Origin: Schmidtea polychroa
Lineage: Eukaryota
DNA length: 64,000 bases
Assembly: GCA_044892525.1 (NCBI GenBank)
Contig: CM097885.1
Span: 36,148,001 to 36,212,000, forward strand
Reading direction: 5' to 3'
Shown here piece after piece: positions 1-13,200 of the stretch (position 1 is the first letter of the stretch; each line of letters begins with the position of its first letter). Below the pieces are notes generated by a model. The model had not been told where the DNA came from. It made no database searches and worked only from the letters and a program-made list of their open reading frames with translations. A program made the translations under genes and the position numbers.

Positions 1-1230
1 ATTGCACACATGGTGCTCTCATTGCTGACTATCCTTGAAACAGCCAACAATAGCTTGCAGGGTCAAGCAATAGACCTTTCTTCAGCATGTGATGTTATGG
101 ATGCCGTCATAGAGCGCATTCGCAGCCTACGCAATGAAGAGGAATTCCAAGTTCTTTTTGGGAAATTCGAAGGTCAAATGGATATGGAACAGACACCAAA
201 AAGAAGAAGAACTCAGATGAACACAAAATTAGACAACTTCATTGTTTCGGATCTGTGGGACAGCCAGAACACCAGACCTTGCCTATCAGATGCGCATATC
301 GCCAGATGTATTACGAAGTCGTTGATAGGACTCTGCAGGAACTAACAAAACGCTTCGGTGTCACCAACAGAAGCCTTTATAAGTCTCTTGCATGTTTGAA
401 GACTGATTACGCAAACTTTTTGAATATTGAGGATCTAAAGACTTTAGCGACACTGTGTGGCGTGGACCTAAGCGAAACCCAACATGAATTTGAAACTGCA
501 AAGGTTTTCCTATTGAAGAGAGCCAGTACTGTGACAAACGTTCATCAGTTAGTGCAAGAATTGTACTCATACCGAGATGCTTTTCCATCTGTCTATCGTC
601 TTGCAGCTTCTGCACTGACAATCGGTGCTTCAGCTGCCACATGTGAGGCGACTTTCAGTACTTTATCTCGTGTCTTAACTCCCTTTCGTACGTCGATGAG
701 CCATTCTCGTAAAGCCAACCTTGTATTGCTCTCATTTGAAAGTGACATCAGTAATAACATCAAATCTGATGAGTTTCTTCGGCGGTTTCATGAAATGAAA
801 AATCGTTGACTGCAGCTATTTTGAGTCATGTCAATATCTCACACACGTAATTTCTTTTTTCTGGATCTAGTTCCTATGTAATTTCTATTGCACTCACCTT
901 TAGTTTTCAAATCTGTGTGACTGTGTGTTCCGTCTTTGTATGTCCAATTGTCCGTCGTGCAAATACATGCAGCTATTTGTTTTTTGTGTTTGTTCCTAAA
1001 AAATGTGCGAAAATCATTTCCTATATACTAGTATATGCAATTATGTAGCAAAATAATGCTCAGACAAAATGTCGATTTTGCTTTCCTTTTTTTAAATTGA
1101 ACATTTCGGAGTGCAAAGTGTGAGTAGTGACTAGTCTGTTTTCATAAAATACTTAGTTTACACGAGAATTACTGGCCCCTTTAATGAGAGTCTGGGCCCC
1201 CCCGTCAAAAGGTGTCACGGTACGGGGCTG
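1..1230 (+). mobile_element. Right part of a hAT DNA transposon
   Basis: GC content is higher than the flank. The transposase remnant is followed by a GC-rich terminus ...GTCACGGTACGGGGCTG ending at 1230 (CAG-type TIR). The left end lies outside the window. Confidence 0.7.
10..824 (+). pseudogene. hAT transposase C-terminal part (ZMYM1-like, hAT dimerization domain), frameshifted
   Basis: Overlapping ORFs 10-345 and 255-809 join through a frameshift. The motif FPSVYRLAASALTIGASAATCEATFSTLSRV is a hAT dimerization signature. The TGA at 807-809 interrupts an NR(R)LQLF* ending. Confidence 0.85.
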
Positions 1231-1803
1231 CGTGCAAAAATGAACGTTTTGTGCATGTTGTATAATATAAAACTAAAAGAAATTATTATTATTATTTCAT
1301 TTTTTTGTAAATTGTTATTGTTTACCTTTAAATAACGAAATAAAATTAAAATATACAATTACAAAATACCACCGCCCTTATAAACTGGATAAACTTATTG
1401 TGAAAAGTTTTATTGCAGTGTTGCATTGGTAAACTAACTTAGTTTAACTAAGGTAATATAAACATTATTTTAAATTTGATAATAATATAAATGTTGCTTT
1501 AAAATTTAAATTAAACTTGAATACAGTGACAAAAAGAAAATTTTACTGTTATAGTAAGCAAACATGCCTATCCTTATTTGCAGTATTGCAGTATCATCAA
1601 TGTTGTCATAACTAAAAAATTATTTATAAGTGTTAAACAAGTCAATGATAATATAAGCCAATATGATACGGACTAATTTTATAATCTAAATATTTTCATT
1701 TTATTCAATATATACCTTGGTGCTAAAGGTTTATATTATCATTTACTTGTTTAACATCTAATTAATGCTGCTACTAAGAGATCAGCACTTTATATTATTA
1801 ATG

Positions 1804-1848
<45 letters not shown>

Positions 1849-2391
1849 CACTAACGAAATATGATTGCTAGCTGTAACCACGTACTGTTTGACTTTCAGT
1901 TTACTTTAATTTTTATTTAATGCAAGTTTTCAGCATTTTCCTCCTTTTTCATGCTTTATAATTTTAATTATCTCTAAATTTCCAAGTTCTTTAGTTTTAA
2001 TTATTTTGAAAACTATTTAAAAAATTATGATTAAAAATCAAAAAAAATTAAAAGTATAAAACTCAATTGCAAAAATCAACGAATCAAAATACGCAATGAA
2101 AATCTGAAATTACTATTGGTCAATGAAAACTAATAAAATAGATTTTATTTTAATGAAAAACAAATTTTATCTTCTTACAATTTTGAGTTATTATCATAAT
2201 GAGTTAAATTGATAAATTTTTTTAATATAATAGTAAATAATAAATTTCCAAAAAACATTTATTAAATAATGATAAATAAAAACCAACATTAAATTTTATA
2301 AAACAAATAAATAAACAATAATAATTTTTAATTTCACAGAAATTTTATATCAAATCGAAAATAAGTTTATCTATCAATGATGTTTTGAATA

Positions 2392-2531
2392 TTAAATAGT
2401 TTCATAGCTGCTGTTTCTTTTGTTTCGACACCGAAGTATGAGAAAAATGATGACAACGATCACAAGAAAAATAGCCAGCGCAACTCCAACAATAATTGGA
2501 ATTATATAACTTTTGTTATTACAATCAATTT
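2392..2531 (-). CDS. Lamp: LAMP distal terminal exon (TM plus SYETI tail)
   Basis: Acceptor tttattaag| is phase 1 and matches the donor G|gtagg at 7165. It translates as EIDCNNKSYIIPIIVGVALAIFLVIVVIIFLILRCRNKRNSSYETI*. Confidence 0.92.
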
Positions 2532-5500
2532 CTTAATAAAAATCAATTAAAAATAAACAAAAAACAACACAAAAAAATATACAAAAATGTAACAATTTAT
2601 AAAGGAAAAAGTTTAAAAAAACCAAGTTAATTTTTACAGTACATACTAAATCATTTATTGGATCATAATGTAATTTGATTTGAATTTTTTCTTATAAATT
2701 GAATAAATAGCCAGGAAAATTAAAAGAATGAGCATTATTCCTGTTAAAGTTATTGCAATGATTTGAGTAGTTCTCAAATATTTGGAGTTAAGTTCACAAT
2801 CATTCACAACTAAAAAAAGGAGACAAGTTGAAATAATGTTTGATGGATAATAAATAAATAAAAGTAAAATTTTCTCTCTTTTACAATTGAGTTATTTTCA
2901 GCTTCAATTTTCTTTATTTTATTGAGCTAGAATCTTTTTTTTTAATAGAAATAATATGGCGCACTAGCTTAATTCGCATAATTCGATAAACCTGTCATCT
3001 CAGAGAGAAAATAATTATAAATAAAAGAAAATAATAACATAGAAAAATTAAGAAATATTATTGGTTGATTTACATGTAAAGGAGTTATGATCAAATCATC
3101 AAACCTAGTAGAAACCTTAAAGAAAATAATTATATAAAAATTATGGAAAATTTTCCATAAAAATTGCAATAGGATTGGTAAATTAAATGAAAATTAAAAA
3201 TATAATAATAAATTAAATGCTATAAATAAAAGGCTTTAAAAAACAAGTAAAAAAACGCGTGACAATAGCAAATACGACAGCGATGAAATACTCATTTGGT
3301 GTAATTGCAATTAAATAAAAATAATTCATAAATAAATAAATGTTTTGAGTTGGGACCAAAATAAAATTTAAAATATTTTAGTACAGGATATTTACGTTGT
3401 TTTAATCATTCTAAATTTATAGAAGCTCTGATCAAGGGCGTCGACAGTAAAGTGAAAATCGGTCCAAGCTATTCAATTTTTACTTCTGTATTTAAAAAAT
3501 ATTTTTTTCTTTTGTGAAATACACTAGATCAGTGGTTCTCAATTAATATAAAAGCGCGGAACACCATTCACATGATTTTTTACAACAAATACTTAAAAAT
3601 TTACAAACGAAAATATTATTTGATTTTTGAAAAATAAAACGACCTTTGAACCGTCCTCTATTTATAAATGGTCTTGAAGATATCAAATATAACGCTCATT
3701 ACCAAAAAACAAATTTATTTAACAAAGAAATACTTACACTAAATAATCAAACATTCGCAGTACAATTAACACGCAAACATATACAACAAATGAGTGACCA
3801 ATCACAAATTACTATAAATCTGTCGTAAACATAAACAATGCCTTCTTATAAACAAAGTAAATACCACGCAAAACAATAACAAGCAATAAAACACTTTTAT
3901 ATTGTATGTTTTTATATCTGTGTAACGGCTTTCTTATTGAATCACCTTATAAAAAAATTAATTGAGGTTTTTGATGATATGTATCTTATGTGCAAATTTA
4001 AAGATAAAATGTCATTTTTTTCGCAGAATACTGGAAGCGTAATCGCGGAACACTGGAAGCGTAATCGCGGAACACGGGTTGAGAACCACTGCACTAGATA
4101 AACACTAAAAATGTTTTAACACAAATTTTTTTATAAATTGCCAAACAGAAAATAAAGAACATATTTAATAATGTTTACATTTAAAAGATACAGAGAAAAG
4201 TTGTATTTATATCATTTATATTATAAATAGTAATAATATTAATGTTAGGGTTGGAAATTATATGTAAGAATTTTTAAAAATAAATTGAAGGGATAAAAAT
4301 AATAAAAAATAATTTTTTTTCGGGGGAGGTAAAGATATGTGGGGAAAAAATGATAAACACGAATATAATAATTTCAAATTCGTGGAGGTCCATAGGAAAT
4401 ATTATTTGAAAAATACAAACTAATTAATTAATTAATTGATATATAAACTAATCAATTAGTATACTACATCCCCCGGAGATAATCCCCGGCCTTTTTTTAT
4501 TCTTTTACTTTCGAATTTTCAAGGTCTAGTAAGTAAAATTAATGAAGTTAGCTTCTATACAATAAGCAGAAAACGTTTAGAAAATCATCATAGTGTTCGA
4601 AAAAATATAGCTTTTAAAAACAGCGCGCTAGCATCGAAGTAAACAATAAACAATGTCAAAGAGAAGATATTCAGAGACATCCGATTCGTTTCACTGAGGC
4701 GGTTTCTCAAAAAGTAACCTACCTTAACATTCCAACTAAAATTTGAACATTGTTACTGCTATTAAAGATTGAGCAAAATTTGGTGTACTAACTTATATAA
4801 CACTGCATTGTCGAAAACGGTGAAACATTAATGATAATACTAAGAAGGCAAAATATAACTTTAAAGAAAGGAAAAGAATAAATAAAACAATCGTAAAATA
4901 TCTCAATTATCAAAATGTATAATCCACGATGGAACAGGGCATTAGTTTTAGTGTGATAAAAGCAACAAGAAGATTATTTCTGAATTTCCAAGATTTTCAA
5001 TGCCAAACATGGACAAAATTTTGGTCAGATTCATTATAAAGTCAACATTGTTTCAAAAAAATAATTTTTACCATTGCCACAACAAAGGGTAATTACGAAA
5101 GAATTAGAGAACTTTAAGAAAGATGGAGTCATAGTGTCCTTGAATGTAATATTATATAGGAACATTGGAAGAACATAACAAAAAATTTCATTGGTTAAAT
5201 TTAGAATAAATTCTGAGAAATTTATATAAAAAATATAAATTTACTGTAACAGTAATTTATATTTCTCTTAAACTACTCTACTTGTTTTATCGGTTGGAAA
5301 TTATAATAAAGGGTTTCAAACTTAATTTAATACGTTTCAAATATAATTTAATCCATTTAAAATTTATTAAATACTTATTAAGTCTTACGGAAATACAAGA
5401 GGTTACATTTTGAAAAGTTAATAATAATAAAATATAACAATGGAAAAATCCCAAGGTAGTTTTCGATGAGTTAGAATTAAATGTAAAAACGGTAATATAA

Positions 5501-8500
5501 GAAGATTATTTAAGAAGACGGAAAGAATTGAAGTCAAAAATACGAGACAACCAAGAGCACCACTAATAACGGAAGAGACAAAAGTTATATAAGTTATATA
5601 TTGTATTACAATTTAAAACAATATAGTGATAATTTAAGCCTTTCGCTGCGAATAATGTATTTAATGAAAAAATTTTCGACTATGATAGTCCTTGTCAATC
5701 TCTTGGAATTTAGCAACCTTCTTCCCGAACATACATTTCGATCTTTCTTTTATTTCCTTTTCTTACTTCTCATTGGTTAAAAATACTACTTTCCTTTTTC
5801 TGAATTTTTTTAAATATTTTTTTTTAAATTAAAATTAAAATTAAATATCCCTTTAAAATTTAAAATTTAAAATTCAAAATGAAACACCAACCAAAATTTT
5901 TAAAGTTTCTCTTATTAGCCCCTAGAAACCCACTTTAATAAAATATTTTAAAATATTTATAAAACAAAGCTTCCAATAACTATTTATATACGCGATTTAA
6001 ATATTTTAATAAATGTGTCAATTTTGACTTTTAATTCCTATCTTTTGAAAGCATATTTCTTAAATTTCTATATTATTTTAATTATTACTTTTTTATAATT
6101 TTTTCATATTTTTTATATACTATCAGTTATTCTCAAGGTCAATGACAACAGATCAAATTGATGATTTCACTGATTCCTTCTTTAGTGTTGATTGTTGGCT
6201 GTCTATTTATAATGAGAATTGCTTATTTGAATCTGACATTTATTTTGGATGTTTCCATTGGCTACGATTTAGATTGAATCGATTTCAATGTAAAAGTGTT
6301 AAAGTAGGTTTCTAGGGGTTAATTATAGAAGCTATAAAAATTTAAAATTTCGGTTCGTGTTTCATTTTGAATTTTAAATTTTAAAGGATATTTAATTTTA
6401 AATAACATTTTTTAAAAAATTCAGAAAAAGAAATGTAGATCATTATATTATATTTTTAACCAATGATAAGTAAGAAAAAGGAAATAAAAGGAAGATCGAG
6501 TTGTATGTTCGGGAAGAAGATTGCTAAATTCCAGGAGATTGACAAGGACTATCATAGTCGAAAATTTTTTCATTAAATACATTCGCAGCAAAAGGCTTAA
6601 ATTATCACTTTATTGTTTTAAATTGTAATACAATATATAACTTATATAACTTTATTATTTTAAATAATAAATGCTGCTACCAAGAAATCATCACTTTGTA
6701 TTACAATTTAATTATTATATTTTTACGAGTACAAGTCGTACGCTAAATTTATAGACAAAAGGTTTTGGAAAAATACTATTTCTGAAAATATAGGTCATTT
6801 TTAATTAGTATTAGTTTTTTTAGATTATTACAATTAGCAAGAAACTCTTTATTAACTCTTAATTAGCTAACATCTTTATAGTTCTGAGGAACATTGACAA
6901 TTTCTGAATCGCATTTTTTTGTTTGCAGCGTATAAACGTCACAAGATAATTTATTTCAAAAAAATTGGAAAAAAAGTTCGACTTATACTCGTAAAAATAC
7001 GGCACCATTTCCTTGATTCCGATGATGATCTAAATTTTAATCATAGTTTTTGAAATCTTTTTCTAAATTTTTTCCTAATAAATTTTGATGGGCTATTATT
7101 ATCTATATATATTATTGGAAATAATATTATAAATGTAAAAATAAATTAGTATAATACGACCTACCATTATTAGAGAAAGTCGTTGATTTGCTTTCTCTGA
7201 ATGCTTCATATTTAAAATTATTCAGAGTAACTTTTGCAGATCCAAATTTATACGTAAGAATTGAGCAAGTATATCCATTTTTGTTTTGCGTTTTACAATT
7301 ATCATCAATAGAGTTGGTAGCAATGCTTATTTTTCCTGAAATATGATTGAAATAAATTGGGCGAAGTGATTTAAATTTACAAAGTGGTAATTTGTATGCC
7401 AATATTTCTTAAATAGCTTGACAAAAGAAAGACAAAATACATTTATCATTTTCAAAATAACGGAATCCGGGTAACGTTATACACACACAAATACCTGTTT
7501 GCATCGAATAAAAGCATTTACTATAAAAACTGAGAAAGTTGTAAAAAAATTAATTTAACACACAAACATATATAATAGACACAACATATAATAAAATATG
7601 CATATACAATTTTGATATGTAAAATATTGCATGAAATAAAAGCATTTTAAAACTTCATTATTCAGAAAATTTTAAAAAAAATGTAGGATAAAATTTTGAA
7701 GCCAAATTTGGAGGAATTCATTTTAAGTCTTACAGAAAAAGACGAAATAACTTCGAAAGATTTATTATTATAATTATTATAAATTTAATATTTGTTAAAG
7801 AATTTCAGATCCTTCTGTTTAAATGCTGTCTTTTGCAAAGATGAAGACAATGTAAGATTTATTCTTGAAATTATAAATAATTTTAAGATTTTATATTATT
7901 TAAAATATTTCTTTTCAAACTCTACCTTTTTGCGAAAATGAAGAAATGACAACCATTTCAAATATTCAACCAGTTCATTCTACTTCCTTCGATTTCAGGG
8001 GAAAATCGTAAATTTTAATAACTTAATTTAAAAAAATAATATTCTGATAAAATTTAGAACATGACAAAATCCGAAGATTACTAGACTTTGGAAGATTACT
8101 CGGAATCACAAAAAACAATCATTTTCAGATACGAAAGAATTTTTAGAAATTTCAAAAGAAAACTAGGTCTTAAATGTCTTAAATATATATATTTGGTGTT
8201 TTACTTTCTTTCTCAAAATTGGCGAATCATCTGTAATTGCTATACACATCAACCTGTATTATTGATGTTTTCATTCCATGCTAACAGGTATAAATATCCC
8301 GGAGTCACCAAAAATTTTAAAAAAACGCATATATTTCATGCAAATTTAAAGGGTTAAAGATTATAACAGGTTAATAAAATATCAAAAATCAGGTTATTTT
8401 TTGAATTAAACAGCGGCGTAAAATTTGGGTAACATCGATCCTTTCAAAGGCCCATTCCAAATTTGTCTCTAATATCGCTGGAAAAAAACTATAAAATATA

Positions 8501-10180
8501 TTTTATTATAAATATAAAATGCAATATTTTCTTGATTTAAAAAATACTTTTAAACATTCTTTATATTTGTTTAAACTTGCTAGAATCATTTTGTAACATA
8601 TATTTCATTTATTCAAAAATATTCAAAAAAATATTTCACGCTATTCACTATTGTCAAAATTGCATGTGAGCCAAAATATTCTCTTGTTTCATAAAAAAAT
8701 TAAAAAGTATATGAAAGAGGTGTATTAAACCTGATTGAGATTGGGACCAACTTTTATTTTTGAACTACAAGGTCAAAAAAAAGTTGATATTAATTTATTT
8801 TAATATTACTATTTTAACACTCTTAATATGAAATTAGAAGAACTAATTGCAATGAATGAAGAATCAATCGTTCACAGGTATAAGTTTGTTTATTTAAGGG
8901 GAAATGTCCATACTCAAAACAACGAAAGCTATAACAATAAGCTTAAATATAGAATTAAAAAAGTTATGAGTGTTAAGGAAACTACAAAAGAAGCTTTATT
9001 GGAAGAATTTATTTGCACTGTTTATTGTTTTTTTTTGAAATTTTGGATAATATTTAAGTTTTTTGATTCCATATAAAAAGACTAAATGAATAAGTTTTAT
9101 TTCAATCAATCAAATCCAATAAAATTACTGATTCAGTAATATTTAAACATATTTTTGAGACATTTTAAATTCAGCAAAAATTTTAAAGTTACACCAAATG
9201 ATATTCCCAACTATTATTTTTATAAATATTATTTTTTGAAATTTTTAACACTTAAAAATTTTTATTTTTATTTTTAAAAATTTTAAATTCTCCTTTCAGT
9301 TTTTCTGAAATTCTTAATCCTCACATTCTTGACACAAAAATATTCTACTTCACGTAAAAAGAACGAATATGGTACACAATATAATTAGAAAATGAATAAA
9401 TGATGTAGTTATTACCTGGGTGTAAGCAGTCAGGAAATGATGAATTAGAGATGGTGTAGTTTAAACTCAAAGTACTAAGAGTTGAATAAGTTTGGTCTGA
9501 TGTGAAATTCATTCTGAAAGAAATTCCAGATATCCATTTGATATCAAGCACATTCTCAATACTGTTGCAATATCCAGAGAAATTATCATTTGTAATATCC
9601 GCAAAAGTTTTTGTTGAATTCTAAAAGATATTTCAAAATATCATTCGACTAATAGACTAAAAATCGAAATCCAACCTTGTTTTTAGAATTTTCATAAGTA
9701 ATTTCAATAGTTAAGTTGGTTCGAAGGACAAGGCATACATTGGCAGTCCTGCTATCAACGATATAGAATAAATTTTTATCAGAATCAAAAGTTGTAGTTT
9801 TCACAGTTGGACTGGTAGATGGGGAGTAAGAAGTCGGTGTTGAATGTCTGGTAGTAGGCGATTCTGAACTTTTATCCGAATTTTTAGAAGTTTGATAAGG
9901 AGATGTTGGGGTTGATGTAGTTGACAATGAAGATGTGAAATCCGTATAATGAGTACTTGAATGAATATTAGATGTTGTTTTTGAATTATGCGTAGAAGAT
10001 TTATACGTAGTTGATTTATTTTGAAATGAAGTTGTGAAATCCGTATTATGAGTACTTTTAGAGGTTGGATGAATATAAGATGTTGTTTTAGAATTATACG
10101 TAGAAGTTTCAGGAATATAAGTAGTTGATTTATTTTGAAAATCCTTGTAAATTAAATATCAATTAAAAATTTTTAAAACA

Positions 10181-10250
<70 letters not shown>

Positions 10251-13200
10251 TATTACAAAAATATTGGTGGAAAACAATGATAATTATTCTCGATCCCTTA
10301 ATAAAAATATTTTTAAATAAAATTCTCCGCATTGGAACTAACTATTAAAAGAAAATATTGTATTAATTATAATAAATTAATATTTAACAAGAGTAATTCG
10401 TACCGCATTATATGGAAACTGCGTTAAGTGAAACTCAAAAGTATACTTTACAAATCTTGTAAATACAAATGCGTTAAATAAAAACTGCATTCTTAAAACA
10501 CTCTATTGCATGGATATTCAACTAAATATTATGAAGGGCCAAATTTATCTTATAACGGCAATCGAGGGCCGTATCAATTAAAAAGTAGTTAGTTTTGTAG
10601 CGGATTACAAAGTAACAAAAATAAACTGGTTTTAGTAATTGTTATTCTATTACCAAGTATTATAATGTTTACCATTTATTTTTATATTATTATATATTTT
10701 CCTGGCGCATTTTAAATTAATAACTTTATTGCCATTTTTTCTTTTAATTTTTCTGGTGTTAGACGCATTTTCCAAGAAATTTAAATGATCACATCCGCTT
10801 AAACACATATTAATTTTATTAAATATTAAGTAAACCCCGTTTCCTATTCAAACTTACAAACAAATTTTCAATACCTGTGCGTTTTTAGGCAGATATCACC
10901 AAATATTTTTATAAATGTGTAATATTCCAAGATCTTGAAAGGGCCTTTTTCAAATTTCGGCGGGCCTGATCAGGCCCGCGGGCCGCCAGTTGAATATCCC
11001 TGCTCTATTGTATGTTAAATACAGCCAAGACATAATATTATTTTCACGAAAAAATGTTATTATTTTTTGAAAACATGAAAAAAAAAGATTAATGAAAGTA
11101 TTTTTGCTTCGTGTTATCAGTAAACTGCATTACAAAAGAACTGTGTTACAGGGAAATTGACCACATAACAAAATTAACCACTGAAAACAAATGGAGCGTA
11201 CAACAAATAAATTAATTAGAAAGTACTAACAGAATTTTTGTTGACTAAAATAAAGAATAAATCAAAATAAATATGAAAACTATTATTTCAGTGAATAGGG
11301 AGGATGAAATTAAGATCCTTTCTTGCATGTCAAAACCATGGGCGAGGAAATGATTGGCAATTGAGCTGACATTGTTGAAAATATACTTATATAAAAGCAA
11401 TTATTATATAGTTAAACGAGTAAAACCATATTTAGATTAGAAAACCATTTCAATGGCAAGAATTATTTTATTAATGAATTATATAGCTGTTATTCCTTCG
11501 TCGGTATGTACAGCCAGAGCCAGAGCTAGGGAAAATGGCGCCCGGGCGAGATTGAAATTTGGCGCGTCTGGTGCCAAAAAAATCCACCACTCCCATTAAT
11601 TATGTACTTACAGGAATGAAATTGGTCTTGAAGAGTAAAATTAAGATGCAAAGCTATACAATGCTTAACCAAACTTATATTATAACGAAAACCAATTAAT
11701 TATAAATATTTATTATACATGTATATATACATTAATATAGAAAATTTATTTACTCCGTATCTATTAAACCTAAGTTCGGAGTTTTGATCATTAAGTTCCT
11801 ATTAAGATTACTATTATAATATATTTGAAAAGATCAAGTGATCAACTTTAACATTTAACATTGAATTCTAAATAAAAGAAATTTCACAATTTTGGCGCCC
11901 TTCGACTCGGCGCGCGGGGCTGTCGCCCAATTCGCCACCCCCTAGCTACGGCTCTGTGTACAGCACAAAAATGTTATCAATTGTAATTTATTGATAATCC
12001 TGTGCTTAAGAGTGATATTGCATGTTGCATATTTGGTATGAAATAAATCTATATATTGGGGTTTGTTATTTTGATACTTAAGTACATGAATGGAATCGGT
12101 TTGAATGGAAATCAATAAGAATCTCAGCTTGTTATTTTAAAAATAAAAATATAAATGCTCTATTTAATAATTTTTAAACTCGACCATTTGAAAAGGTTCT
12201 TTAACTTCATTTGTATCAGGGTTCCAAAATGATCATGCATGATCCTACACGTGTAAGACAAATAAGACATATGAAACCCTGAATTTTCAATGAAAATCTC
12301 TCTAAAACTAAATGATAAAATATTAAAACCTTGGACAAAAACGGCTTTAGCTTGTGAAAGATAAATGCATGAAAGTATTTTAATTTGACTGTACTATACA
12401 ATAGGTCATTGATATTGAACCATCATTATGAACAATATGTTGGGTTATTGCGTTGGTGATAATTTTAAATGTTACTCTGACTCCAAGCGTGTCTTGAACC
12501 GATTCACAAATAACACTTGACAACAGAAACCTTTATTTATAATCACAAATAATCTTTCTCTTTACACTGGCAATAAATTCAACACTCTGCTTGCTGACTA
12601 TACAATGCTTATTACAAAACTCGGTGAGGAATAGCACTTGTGTATAACACCGGGTTTTAAAGATCACAAATTACTGATTGGTTTCTAAACTGGGATTTTG
12701 AGCTGGTTGTTTTCTTTGACTTTCTTCACAACTTTATTCAAATAATCAAATAATTTCTTTTCGTTTTATTTTTCAACTAATTCTTTTCTTCAACTCTTCT
12801 CCAATAATTATTCTCCACAATTTTTTCCTTTACAATTATTTTGACAATCGTTTGTCCAACAACGTTTCCTCCAACGTCTAATTTTCTCCAATAATTTTAT
12901 TTCTCAAATCGTCTCTCAAATCGTCTCTCAAATCGTCTCTCAAATCGTCTTCCAAATTGTTTTCAATTTCGCGTCACTTTTTCTCTAATTTTCTTCTCAT
13001 TCCATGTCCACCAGTTTTCCTTTATATAGTTATTTTGTTTGTGGCACTGGCGACAGATTCTGTTTACCATTTCTCTTTTCCATTACGTCAGACTTATCTC
13101 TGACAGATATCATATATATTTCCATTTTCCTTTTTTTGTTAAGCCGCCTTCTGCCGACAATTTCGCTATCTTTGACAAGCTGTCAAGATACGGCTTTTTC

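Noticed and set aside
2969..3169. Possible third LAMP terminal exon
   Set aside because: In the required phase 1 the available acceptors give immediate stops (GFY*, GLMI*). There is no D-C, TM and Tyr-motif pattern.
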